A stretch of 64,000 nt of DNA, taken from NCBI RefSeq assembly GCF_964355755.1, contig NC_092675.1, forward strand, positions 2,971,812-3,035,811, given 5' to 3'. Below the pieces are notes generated by a model. That model did not search any database. It saw only the letters and a list, made by a program, of their open reading frames with translations, and had not been told where the DNA came from. The position numbers were made by a program, and so were the translations under genes. The DNA comes from Antedon mediterranea (taxonomy: Eukaryota > Animalia > Echinodermata). This document shows, one piece after another, positions 1 to 9,954 of this stretch (the first letter of the stretch is position 1; every line of letters starts with the position of its first letter).

Positions 1-216
1 CCTACTTACCTATAATTTTTTTTAAATATCAATGTATCCTAGGCCTATGTTTAAAAAAAATATATGGTTTCCCAATAATACACAAACTATTCTACTGTAT
101 ACTATAGGCCAAGATTGTCGTTCAATAACAACTTGTTCTCTACGTGTACCTAGGCCCTATAGCAGCTGTAGAGTAGGCTGGTCTACCTCATATGTTGGGT
201 GGCAAGGCTGCCTAAC

Positions 217-1954
217 TATGGCACGCCAGGACGGACATAACTATCTCAAGTTGACCTCGCTCGTGTTATGTAGACATCGCTCGTGTTGAGTTTACACATC
301 GCTCGTGTTATGTAGACATCACTCGTGTTGAGTTTACACATCGCTCGTGTTATGGAGACATCACTCGTGTTGAGTTTACACATCGCTCGTGTTATGGAGA
401 CATCGCGCGAGTTGAGTTTACACATCACTCGTGTTAGGTTAACATCGCTCGTGTTCAGTTTACACATCGCTCGTGTTGAGTTTATACACGTCGCGCGTGT
501 TGAGGTTTAACACATCGCGTGTGTTGAGTGTTTACACATCGCGCGTGTTGAGTTTTTACACATCGCGCGTGTTGAGTTTTTACACATCGCACGTATTGAG
601 TTTTTACACATCGCACGTATTGAGTTTTTACACATCGCGCGTGTTGAGTTTATATATCGCGCGTGTTGAGTTTTACATATCGCGCATATCAAGTTTACTC
701 TATTGTTAAACCCTCCCTGCCTCCTACTGTAGCTAGGCATAATTTATGTCATGAGACTGGGTCAGGCCTAGGCTATATGCCTAGCTAGGATAGCCTATAG
801 GCCTAGGCTCTGATTTTTACACAAGGCCTTCTAGGCTGGCTGGGCCTGGGCATAATTAGTAATAAATGAATCATTTAATCTAATAAATTCACCCAATAGA
901 TCTACGATTCCTTTAGTGTATTCATTAAGCGCCATTTCTACTCTGATTTCTACTCTCTCATGACAAGTACTGTAAGACGAACGGGACATTCTAGCCACGC
1001 CTTCTCTCCGCCTCTCTGATTTTTCCAATTAAAATGGAAATAACATTTTCAAAATTTTAAAATGTATATTAATAAAATCATTACTATAAACAATATTTAT
1101 ATTATTTAAAACAATCAATATATTAAAAACAGACTTGAATACCAGGGATACAACATTTTAAAAGCAACATATAAGAACATCAAAAATGCTATAAACATTA
1201 TATTATAGAGGTTCCAATAATTAGTTAAAATATGCAATAAAATTGGCTAAAAGAATAAATAAAAATGCTGGCATTACTATGCTTGAGATCGATGTGTAAA
1301 AACTCAACACGTGCGATGTAAAAAGTTGATACGCGCGATGTGTAAAAACTCAACACGCGCGATGTGTAAAAACTCAACACGCGCGATGTGTAAAAACTCA
1401 ACACGCGCAATGTGTAAAAACTCAACACGCGCGATGTGTAAAAACTCAACACGCGCAATGTGTAAAAACTCAACACGCGCGATGTGTAAAAACTCAACAC
1501 GCGCGATGTGTAAAAACTCAACACGCGCTATGTGTAAAAACTCAACACGCGCTATGTGTAAAAACTCAACACGCGCGATGTGTAAAAACTCAACACGCGC
1601 GATGTGTAAAAACTCAACACGCGCGATGTGTAAAAACTCAACACGCATGATGTGTAAAAAATCAACACGCGCGATGTGTAAAAACTCAACACGCGCGATG
1701 TGTAAAAACTCAACACGCGCGATGTGTTAAAACTCAACACGAGCGATGTGTAAACTGAACACGAGCGATGTCTTCATAACACGAGCGATGTGTAAACTCA
1801 ACTCAAGCGCTGTCTCCATAACACGAGCGATGTGTAAACTCAACACGAGCGATGTCTACATAACACGAGCGATGTGTAAACTCAACACGAGCGATGTCTA
1901 CATAACACGAGCGAGATCAACTTGAGATAGTTATGTCCGTCCTGGCGTGCCATA
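217..1954. mobile_element. Foldback-type non-autonomous DNA transposon with modular inverted arms built of tandem repeats; 6-bp TSD CCTAAC
   Basis: Left end TATGGCACGCCAGGACGGACATAACTATCTCAAGTTGA (217-) is the reverse complement of the right end (-1954). CCTAAC flanks both sides (211-216, 1955-1960). Each arm has alternating 20/22-bp units followed by 24-bp units (CATCGCGCGTGTTGAGTTTTTACA). The unique spacer is about 690-1290. Confidence 0.9.
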
Positions 1955-2138
1955 CCTAACATACAACAGACAGCCCCACTAGCCTAGCTAGGCCTTGTAC
2001 TACCCTACTAAAATTAAAAGGTCCTAGCCTAGCTAGGCTAGGCCTATGTTTTAGGTCTGTCTTTAAAAAAACTGTGCAAAGTGGCCTACAGGCTACAGTA
2101 TATATAGAATTTCAGCATTAGACTTAGCCTAGGCCTAC

Positions 2139-2197
2139 CTTCCAATTTCATTTCCAAGATCATACAAATCCTCCAACGGTTCTACCCGAACTTCCAT
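2139..2197 (-). CDS. First coding exon of a probable DAPK/DRAK (STK17)-family Ser/Thr kinase; the gene continues off the left edge
   Basis: ATG at 2197 reads MEVRVEPLEDLYDLGNEIG+AG, then a GTAGGC donor in phase 2. This matches the start of the DAPK/DRAK kinase domain (e.g. DAPK2 VEDFYDIGEELGS|GQFA), where an intron falls at the same point. It is absent from the ORF track and no further exon is in the window. Confidence 0.6.
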
Positions 2198-2339
2198 GTC
2201 TGCTCAAATAACATTTGTCCCCATTCTAAGTAAGTCCTGTTTCGTTTCAGCCCAAGCCACGACTGTACCAACTTTCCACCAGTGCCAGCAGCAGCAGAGT
2301 GACAGAAAACCATGTGTAGTTGTTTGATGTTGTGTAAAA

Positions 2340-2450
2340 ATAGTTTTACAACTATAGAGGGCGTACAGTACATTTTCACGCTGCTGCGCCAGCTTTAGCC
2401 AGTAGCCAGCTACATCCCCAGAGGACTACTCATTCAGAAGCTATATCAAG
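2340..2450 (-). promoter_or_regulatory. Probable promoter region of the kinase gene
   Basis: Locally GC-richer segment just 5' of the exon. It contains a CTCF-like ACTATAGAGGGCG (2351) and a ZNF143/SBS-like CTACATCCCCAGAGG (about 2409). Motif resemblance only. Confidence 0.3.
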
Positions 2451-3108
2451 CAGCAAGTTATTGTTCTAGAGGCTGACGTTTTTGATAATTTGTAAACTAG
2501 GATGGGTCATGCTCAAATTATAAACCCCAAAGCACGTCTGGGAGAAGAGAGTCTATATGAAAGCATTTGCTGACAATACAGTATTATATAGATGCATGTA
2601 GACGGTAATCTGTAAAATCTTGTTCAATAAACAATTACTTTGTTCTTGCTGTTAACCTAGGCCAGTATTATAATAATTCACTGTCAAATAATCAAAACAT
2701 TATTATGACTGTCTAGGCTGGTATCTGTCTAGGCTGGTATTTACAATGAGTCCCATTTGACTGTCAATATTATAATACTGTAATTCGCTGTCAGATAATC
2801 ATTGAATTGTTATCAAAACAGTCCATATAATAGTAAACTTTTTGTTTGTAATAGGATACAATTTATTCACACTTAAAGCATCTAGGCTTGATTAAGTGAC
2901 CCACAGACTTGACCTTATAGCAATAAAATAAACTAAAGTGACAGAAATTGAGACCGTTTAGTATAATAAAGTAATATTATTTAGACATCAGTTTTATTTA
3001 AATTATTTAATAAGCACATCATCTTTTACAGATTCAGTATCTTTTATTTTTCAATTTCAATTGCACAATTATGATATATCAAAGTATGAATTATTGTTGT
3101 ATTTTACT

Positions 3109-4791
3109 TCAAATACAAAAGTTATTCTCTTTATTAAACCCATCATAAACTACTCTACATGTCGCTGTTTCTTTAAGATCATCTTCTTGAAAGTTCAATA
3201 TCGTTAGAATGTTTTTATCACTTGATAAACTTGTGACAAATGAGAGAATTGTAAGTGGAAGATCCCCGTCGATGTCACATTTAAATGGTATGTTGTCACC
3301 GAAATCCACCAGTCCATTGGGAATGATATTAATATTGGTATCCTAGGAAAAGGTATAATTTGGCATGATTCAACAGATTCCAATGCAGGACTGGTGATGT
3401 CACATCTGAATTTCACGATCTTCCTCCTGCAGACTAGACGAATCCATTGACATTGAATCAACTTTTAATGTCATTTTCTTGATTCTGTCATTCCCAAACC
3501 ACGAAATAGTTGGTCTGGGATCTCCGCCTGGAGCAGTACATAGAATCGATACGTCATTCCCTATGACAGGAAAATCAATTCCACTTGGGTATGTTACACT
3601 ACATGATGGAGAATTTGGCCTTGTGATAATATCAAGGAAGGCACTGGCAAGAAAAACATAATCAGTTCTAACTCCACGAATTGCGGAAAAACCACATTTA
3701 TACTCGCCTTCGTCTGCATAGCTAACATTGTAAATAGTTAAGTTTAACCAACCGTTGTTATCAAGAAAAACATTCTGTGTTAAAACCTCGCTTGATTCAG
3801 TATGAAACCATATAACCTGTTCGTTAAGAAGTTTTGAAAACTGGCATCGAAACGTAACATCTTTACCAACCAATTCAGTGATGTCGTCTGGTTCTTGAAT
3901 AACATACAAGGCGGTTTCAAAATCTACAGTAGATGTGAACTCTTTATCAAAACCATCATAAACTACTCTACATGTCACTGTTTCTTTAAGATCATCTTCT
4001 TGAAAGTTTAATATTGTTAGAAGGTTTTTAGAATTTAGAGTGAAGCGATCACTTGCTAAACTTGTGACAAATGAGAGAATTGTAAATGGAAGATCCCCGT
4101 CGATGTCACATTTAAATGGTATGTTGTCACCGAAATCCACCAGTCCATTGGGAATGACATTAATATTTGGTATCCTAGGAAAATGTATAATTTGGCATGA
4201 TTCAACAGATTCTAATACAGGACTGGTGATGTCACATCTGAATGTCACTCCACGATCTTCCTCCTGCAGACTAGACAAACTCATTTTCACTGTATCAACT
4301 CTTGATGTCCTAGACATTAATACGTCATTCCTAAACCACGAAATAGTTGGTGTGGGATCTCCGCCTGGAGCAGAACATAGAATCGATGCAGGAAAGTCAA
4401 TTCCACTTGTATATGTTGCATTACATGATGGAGAATTTGGCCTTGTGACAATATCAAGGAAGGCACTGGCAAGAAAAACATAATCAGTTCTATCTCCACA
4501 GACGAATTGTGGAAAATCTACATATATACTCGCCTTCGTCTGCATAGTCAACATTGTAAATAGTCAGAGTTGACCAGTCGTTGTTATCAAGAAAAACATT
4601 CTGTGTTAACACCTTTTTTGCTTCAGTATGAAATCATATAACCTGTTCGTTAAGAAGTTCTGAGAACTGGCATCGAAACGTAACATCTTCACCAACCAAT
4701 TCAGTGATGTCGTCTGGTTCTTGATAACATACAAGGCAGTTATGAAGCCAGGTAAACAACAAAAACACAAGTACAGCACTAGATTCGACAT
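3109..4791 (-). pseudogene. Ig-superfamily receptor pseudogene (copy C) with an internal tandem duplication: leader-Ig1-Ig2-Ig3-Ig1-Ig2-Ig3, no TM
   Basis: Same leader MSNLVLYLCFCCLPGFITA as the intact paralogues. Lesions: 1-nt deletion near 4724, TGG>TGA at about 4634-4636, 4-nt insertion near 4500, deletion of the VIGNDV segment near 4390, further frameshifts near 3415 and 3310-3340, and truncation near 3110. ORF fragments 4606-4791, 3400-4554, 3204-3461 and 3109-3309 tile the paralogue sequence. Confidence 0.85.
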
Positions 4792-4920
4792 CGCAAATGT
4801 ATGCTACATTTAATACTAAATAATCATGTTTTTGATCTTATCACAAGAATGACACTAGATTCGACATCGCAAATTTATGCTACATTACTAAATAATCGTA
4901 TGTACTTATCACAAGAATGA
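4777..4920. repeat. About 70-bp tandem duplication spanning the copy C start codon and the end of the adjacent transposon
   Basis: CACTAGATTCGACATCGCAAAT...TATCACAAGAATGA occurs at 4777-4852 and again at 4853-4920. Confidence 0.8.
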
Positions 4921-5669
4921 GTAAGCCGCGATTTTTGCATTAGAGTGTAACAGAGAGTGATGCCCGCCCTCATAAGGACGGATGTATTGATTTAATAGAT
5001 ATTATACATGTACATTAAATATAATTATGATAATATATTTTGCAATTATAAAACATTTTATAAACATATCTAATAAAAAAACTAGTGTACATTCACTTCT
5101 ATAGACAATTATTTACCACCATGCTATATTAGTTCACAAAGAAAGGCCGAACAGCAACAACAAAAACCATCAAGCGTTACTCAGCACGGCCTATTCTTTG
5201 CCATTGCCGTGTACTAATCTACGCCCGGTAAATTAAGTAATGTTTTTATGATATAAACTAGTATAAATACATGTTATTAATAGAATTAATATAAATTTTT
5301 TTTACCAGAAACAAGTTAAATATAAAAATATTATTAAACTATCCTTCGTGAAAACGCGTAAACAGCAACACGGCCGGTGTAGCGCCCGGTTAATTGTTGA
5401 TGAAGCGAACTGTTTATTCGGCAGTTTTTTACAAAATAAATTGCATGAAACTAACAATTAAATATTCAAAAAACATTTAACATGATGTTGGCATGTAGTT
5501 GATAACATTTTTTATCATGAAAACATTACCGGTGGTGGTCTAGGCTTAGATTAGTGAGACCGTCACACAAATTTAACAAAAAGTTATATACATCCTGACT
5601 TATGGCGGCGCCCTACCGAATGGACAATATTAATGTTACAGGGAAAACTGCGGATTACTCATTCTTGTG
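4910..5669. mobile_element. Non-autonomous TIR element with CAC...GTG termini (Chapaev/Transib-like, unassigned)
   Basis: CACAAGAATGAGTAAGCCGC (4910) is inverted with GCGGATTACTCATTCTTGTG (-5669). A second inner inverted match is CATAAG..GGATGTAT. Flanks TTAT/ATAT are a possible imperfect 4-bp TSD. Confidence 0.65.
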
Positions 5670-6427
5670 ATATACTATATATTCTTTCATCTTATTAAAA
5701 TCTCGTCAGTGCAGCAGCCGCGCCCATGTTTCAAACTGCGTCACACAACAAAATAATGACAAAAAAACAAACAATAGGCCAAGTCGTTGTTATTATGTAA
5801 AATATTTTTGTTATTAAAGATCGCATCAATACATATGGTATAATAATAATCATTATATATTATAATATCATTATGGTATAATAGCAATAGAAAAACGTAG
5901 GCCAAGTCGTTACGCAAAATATTTTTATTATTGAGAATCGGATCAATACATCATATTATCATTTTGTGCTACGGAAGCCATCTTGCAGAGATGACAATCA
6001 ACTTGACAAGCCAACAAGCCAACAACATGCAGCAGAATTTTCAGGGGATTTCCGGACACCATGTTAATTTAAAAATCCTGAACGGAGGGTCGTACAATAT
6101 TCTTAAACGATTAGTTTAACTTCCATCACTGCATGATTTGTTAAAAATTGAATAATTGTTTGATCTCCTTTTTTTTTAAATCAGAAAATGTAATTGTTTT
6201 TTGTAAAATAGTATTATTATTACTGCTTTTGGACACAATAACAAAATAAAGATCTTCTATCATAAATCAGAACTATTAAAAAACAAAAATTAACTTCCAC
6301 AGAGTCCAGTCCAGTGGCCTCACATGTTTTCACTAACTTAGTTCATTATATTATATGTAACATATAAAATGGTATTTTAAGGTTCTAGCAAAACTAAATT
6401 CTAAATCAAATTTACCGGTATCTAATT

Positions 6428-7483
6428 TTAAGTTGATCTATTTTGATTTTTACGATAATACCATATCAACGCCGTAGTTACTAATATTACAATGATAACA
6501 GCTAAAACACCCAGAACTATAGCTAAGGTAGGTGTGGTTTCTGTATTTGGACTGACGTCATTATCTCTGTCGTCATTTAAATCTGGTAAGATGGTTTCAA
6601 AATCTACAGTAGATGTGAACTCTTTATCAAACCCATCATAAACTACTCTACATGTCAATGTTTCTTTAAGATCATCTTCTTGAAAGTTTAATATCGTTAG
6701 AATGTTTTTAGAATTTACAGTGAACCGACCACTTGCTAAACTTGTGACAAATGATAGAATTGTAAGTGGAAGATCCCCGTCGATATCACATTTAAATGGT
6801 ATGTTGTTATCGAAATCCACCAGTCCATTGGGAACGATATTAATATTTGGTATCCTAGGAAAAGGTATGATTTGGCATGATTCGACAGATTCCAATGCAG
6901 GACTAGTGATGTCACATTTGAATGTCACTCCACGATCTTCCTCCTGCAGACTAGACAAAACCATTGAAACTGAATCAACTCTTGATGTCATAGACTCGAA
7001 TACGTCATTCTTAAACCACGAAATAGTTGGTCTGGGATCTCCGCCTGGAGCAAAACATAGAATCGATACGTCGTTCCCTACGACAGGAAAGTCAATTCCA
7101 CTTGGGTATGTTACACTACATGATGGAGAATTTGGCCTTGTGACAATATCAAGGAAGGCACTGGCAAGAAAAACATAATTATTTCCGTCTCCTCGTGCTG
7201 TCATATATCCACATTTATACTCGCCTTCGTCCGCGTAGCTAACATTATAAATAGTCAGATTTAACCAGTCGTTGGTATCAAGAAAAACATTCTCTGTTAA
7301 CACCTTGTTTGCTTCGGTATGAAACCATATAACCTGTTCGTTAAGAAGTCCTGAGAACTGGCATCCAAACGTAACATCTTCACCAACCAATTCAGTGATG
7401 TTTTCTGGTTCTTGAATAACAGACAAGGCGGTTATGAAGCCAGGCAAGCAACAAAAATACAAGTACAGCACCAGATTCGACAT
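6428..7483 (-). CDS. Intronless three-Ig-domain type I membrane protein (copy B, 351 aa; nectin/CADM-like V-C2-C2-TM layout)
   Basis: ATG at 7483 aligns with the paralogue leader. It has a signal peptide, Ig1 (VTFGC...W...LTIYNVSYADEGEYKC), Ig2 (C..PGGDPRPTISW...C), Ig3 (C...C without Trp), TM LAIVLGVLAVIIVILVTTALIW and a short basic tail. Confidence 0.88.
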   Translation of the reverse strand: MSNLVLYLYFCCLPGFITALSVIQEPENITELVGEDVTFGCQFSGLLNEQVIWFHTEANKVLTENVFLDTNDWLNLTIYNVSYADEGEYKCGYMTARGDGNNYVFLASAFLDIVTRPNSPSCSVTYPSGIDFPVVGNDVSILCFAPGGDPRPTISWFKNDVFESMTSRVDSVSMVLSSLQEEDRGVTFKCDITSPALESVESCQIIPFPRIPNINIVPNGLVDFDNNIPFKCDIDGDLPLTILSFVTSLASGRFTVNSKNILTILNFQEDDLKETLTCRVVYDGFDKEFTSTVDFETILPDLNDDRDNDVSPNTETTPTLAIVLGVLAVIIVILVTTALIWYYRKNQNRST

Positions 7484-8131
7484 CGCAAATACTATGCAAC
7501 TGAACGGTGCTTCAGATATGTGTGCCTTTGTTGAATGAAAAGTCACCTTATAGGTACAATGGTGTATTAACTAGCTTACTGTCAAGGTTGTTTCTGTTTT
7601 AGTACAGAGTTATTAATCAAACAAAAATAATACAGTAGTACGAATGACGTCACACAAAGCAATACTATCAATGACAATACATATTACAGTATATATATAT
7701 ATAGCAAACCTTAAACTGTGGTAATCCTTTTTCACACTAAAAAAAAACAGGAAACCGTAGTTACAGAAACGTGTTAAGGAAATGACTTTGCTACGGCCTA
7801 CAATCGTCAACATTCCTTTGGGATAAATTATACCATAACATGATATTTCCTATGACGATAAACGAATTCCTTTACTATGCTGGTGCGCATTTATTATGTC
7901 AATTAGGATTTGGTTCAATAGGTCTAGGATATACTAAACATATTCCGGGCATAAAATAAACATAAGTCTACTGTAACCGTAAATTAGTGGTAGGGAAAGT
8001 CAAAAGAGGCGATACTGAAAAATGTTTAACGTCACTATAGACATGATACTGCTCGTGTATCTGATAGAATTTGTATATCTATTCATTGTAAAGAGTGAAT
8101 CAACCTTATGCACGTTTATTGAAGAGTTAAT

Positions 8132-8270
8132 AGCTCTGTATACACCATCACACTTTGTGACACAAAAATGTGATGTGCCCATAATAGACATGATAATGTC
8201 ATATCACTACCAAATTTGGGCACATCATACTTTTTTTGTCAAACTATAGTTTGATAGTGTAGACAGAGCT
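8132..8270. mobile_element. MITE family A (PIF/Harbinger-like), copy 1
   Basis: Termini AGCTCTGTATACACCATCA ... TTGATAGTGTAGACAGAGCT. At least 8 copies occur in the window. Confidence 0.8.
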
Positions 8271-8835
8271 GATTGTAGGGTCCTAGGTCTACTTGTAGGC
8301 CTACAAGTTACAAAATCGATGGAAGATAACTTCAATAATGGATTTATTAGCTTTTCCAAGTCAGTTTAATCTCACAAGCTGTGGCATTTGTGATACAATA
8401 CAACATAAAATGCCAGCAATTAAGTTGTTAATTATTATAAAAGAAAACGCTTATTGTACAATGTCACTGCCAATTTGTGAATAATCACTAGATGAGGTAT
8501 TAAGTTTCGGAAAATTAATAGTCTATGAAGTCTGAAAAACTTCAGCAGTTATTTAATAGATTATTAATTCAAAAATTTACAAAAATGTGTACAACACGTA
8601 CGAGATTAAAATACACCATGAATCATGTAGTGTAGCATGGTATAAAACTTCAATGAAATTAAACATTAAAAGCAGAAAAATAGGAAATAAAATTGTAAAC
8701 AAATTTACTCCCTCCAAAAAACAACCCCCATTAAATGTTACTGCTGTCTCCCGGTATATCTTAACTAACTATTGACAGTCGTGTATGAAATAAAATAAAC
8801 AAATTCAAAACTCAAGCAACAAAAATATATGTTAA

Positions 8836-9954
8836 TTACGGAGGAGGAATTGCTGGAAGTTGGTTTGTTTTCGGTAAAGCAGTGAATCCTATGTCGTAGT
8901 TACCAGTTCGTGTCCTAAAGCACATGGCCTTAAAATGCCAGAGCAACGCTGTAGTTACTAAGATTAAAATGACTATGATTACAGCTAAAACAGAAAGAAC
9001 TATTATTAAACTGGATTTGTCGTCTGTATTTTGACCGATGTCACTTAAATATGGTAAAATTTCTTCAAAATCTACAGTAGATGTGAATTCTTTAGCAAAC
9101 CCATCATAAACTACTCTACATGTCACTGTTTCTTTAAGATCATCTTCTTGAAAATTTGATATTTTTAGAACATTTCTTTCAGAGTTAAGAGTGACTCGAT
9201 CACTTGCAATGCTTGTAAGAAATGAGAGAATAGTTAAGGGAAGATCTCCGTCAAAGTTACATTGGAACGGTATGTTGCTACCGAAATCCACCTGTCCATT
9301 ATAAGTTATATTGATTATTGGTATCTCAGGAAAAGGTATAATTTGGCATGATTCGACAGATCCCAATGCAGGACTGGTGATGTCACATCTGAATGCCACT
9401 CCACGATCTTCTTCCTGCAGACTAGACAAAACAACTGATAATGATGAATTCATTTCTGATGCCATAGACTTGACTTCGTCATTCCTAAACCACGAAATAG
9501 TTGGATTGGGATCTCCGCCTGGAGCAGAACATATAATCGATACATTGTTCCCTATGACAGGAAAGTCAATTCCACTTGGGTATGTTGCACTACATGATGG
9601 AGAATTTGGCCTTGTGATAATATCAAGAAAGGCGCTGACAGGAAAATAATATTCCGTTCTATCTCCACGAATTGTGGTATACCCACATTTATACTCGCCT
9701 TCGTCTGCATAGCCAACATTATGAATAGTCAAGTTTAACCAGCCGTTCATATCAACATTCGGTGTTAACACCGCGTTTGATTCAGTATGAAACCATATAA
9801 CCTGTTCTTCAACGAGTCCTGAGAACTGGCATCGAAACGTAACATCTTCATCAACCAATTCAGTGATGTTGTCTGGTGCTTGACTAACATGCAAGAAGGC
9901 GGTTATGAAGCCAGGCAAACAACAAAAACACAAGTACAGCACTAGATTCGACAT
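8836..9954 (-). CDS. Intronless three-Ig-domain type I membrane protein (copy A, 372 aa)
   Basis: Uninterrupted ORF with signal peptide, three Ig-like domains, TM LIIVLSVLAVIIVILILVTTALLW, and a tail of about 30 aa containing GNYDI and ending PAIPPP. Confidence 0.9.
   Translation of the reverse strand: MSNLVLYLCFCCLPGFITAFLHVSQAPDNITELVDEDVTFRCQFSGLVEEQVIWFHTESNAVLTPNVDMNGWLNLTIHNVGYADEGEYKCGYTTIRGDRTEYYFPVSAFLDIITRPNSPSCSATYPSGIDFPVIGNNVSIICSAPGGDPNPTISWFRNDEVKSMASEMNSSLSVVLSSLQEEDRGVAFRCDITSPALGSVESCQIIPFPEIPIINITYNGQVDFGSNIPFQCNFDGDLPLTILSFLTSIASDRVTLNSERNVLKISNFQEDDLKETVTCRVVYDGFAKEFTSTVDFEEILPYLSDIGQNTDDKSSLIIVLSVLAVIIVILILVTTALLWHFKAMCFRTRTGNYDIGFTALPKTNQLPAIPPP

Noticed and set aside
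1-170. Donor-like GTAAGT near position 10 as the end of kinase exon 2
   Set aside because: The adjacent sequence does not encode kinase subdomain I residues.
246-1740. Repetitive ORFs (RAMCKNST, RVEFLHIA, etc.)
   Set aside because: They are translations of the 24- and 42-bp units of the foldback arms and are open in several frames on both strands.
4910-4940. RSS-like signal next to the Ig genes suggesting V(D)J-type rearrangement
   Set aside because: CACAAGA only partly matches the heptamer, the T-rich block is in the wrong orientation for a nonamer, and the genes are complete rather than segmented.
7484-7546. 21-aa N-terminal extension of Ig copy B in the ORF track
   Set aside because: It starts at a non-ATG codon and paralogues begin at MSNLV.
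3479-9649. Plus-strand ORFs ending ISRKALARKT/ISRKALTGK
   Set aside because: They are antisense shadows of the Ig genes, and their similarity follows from the duplication.
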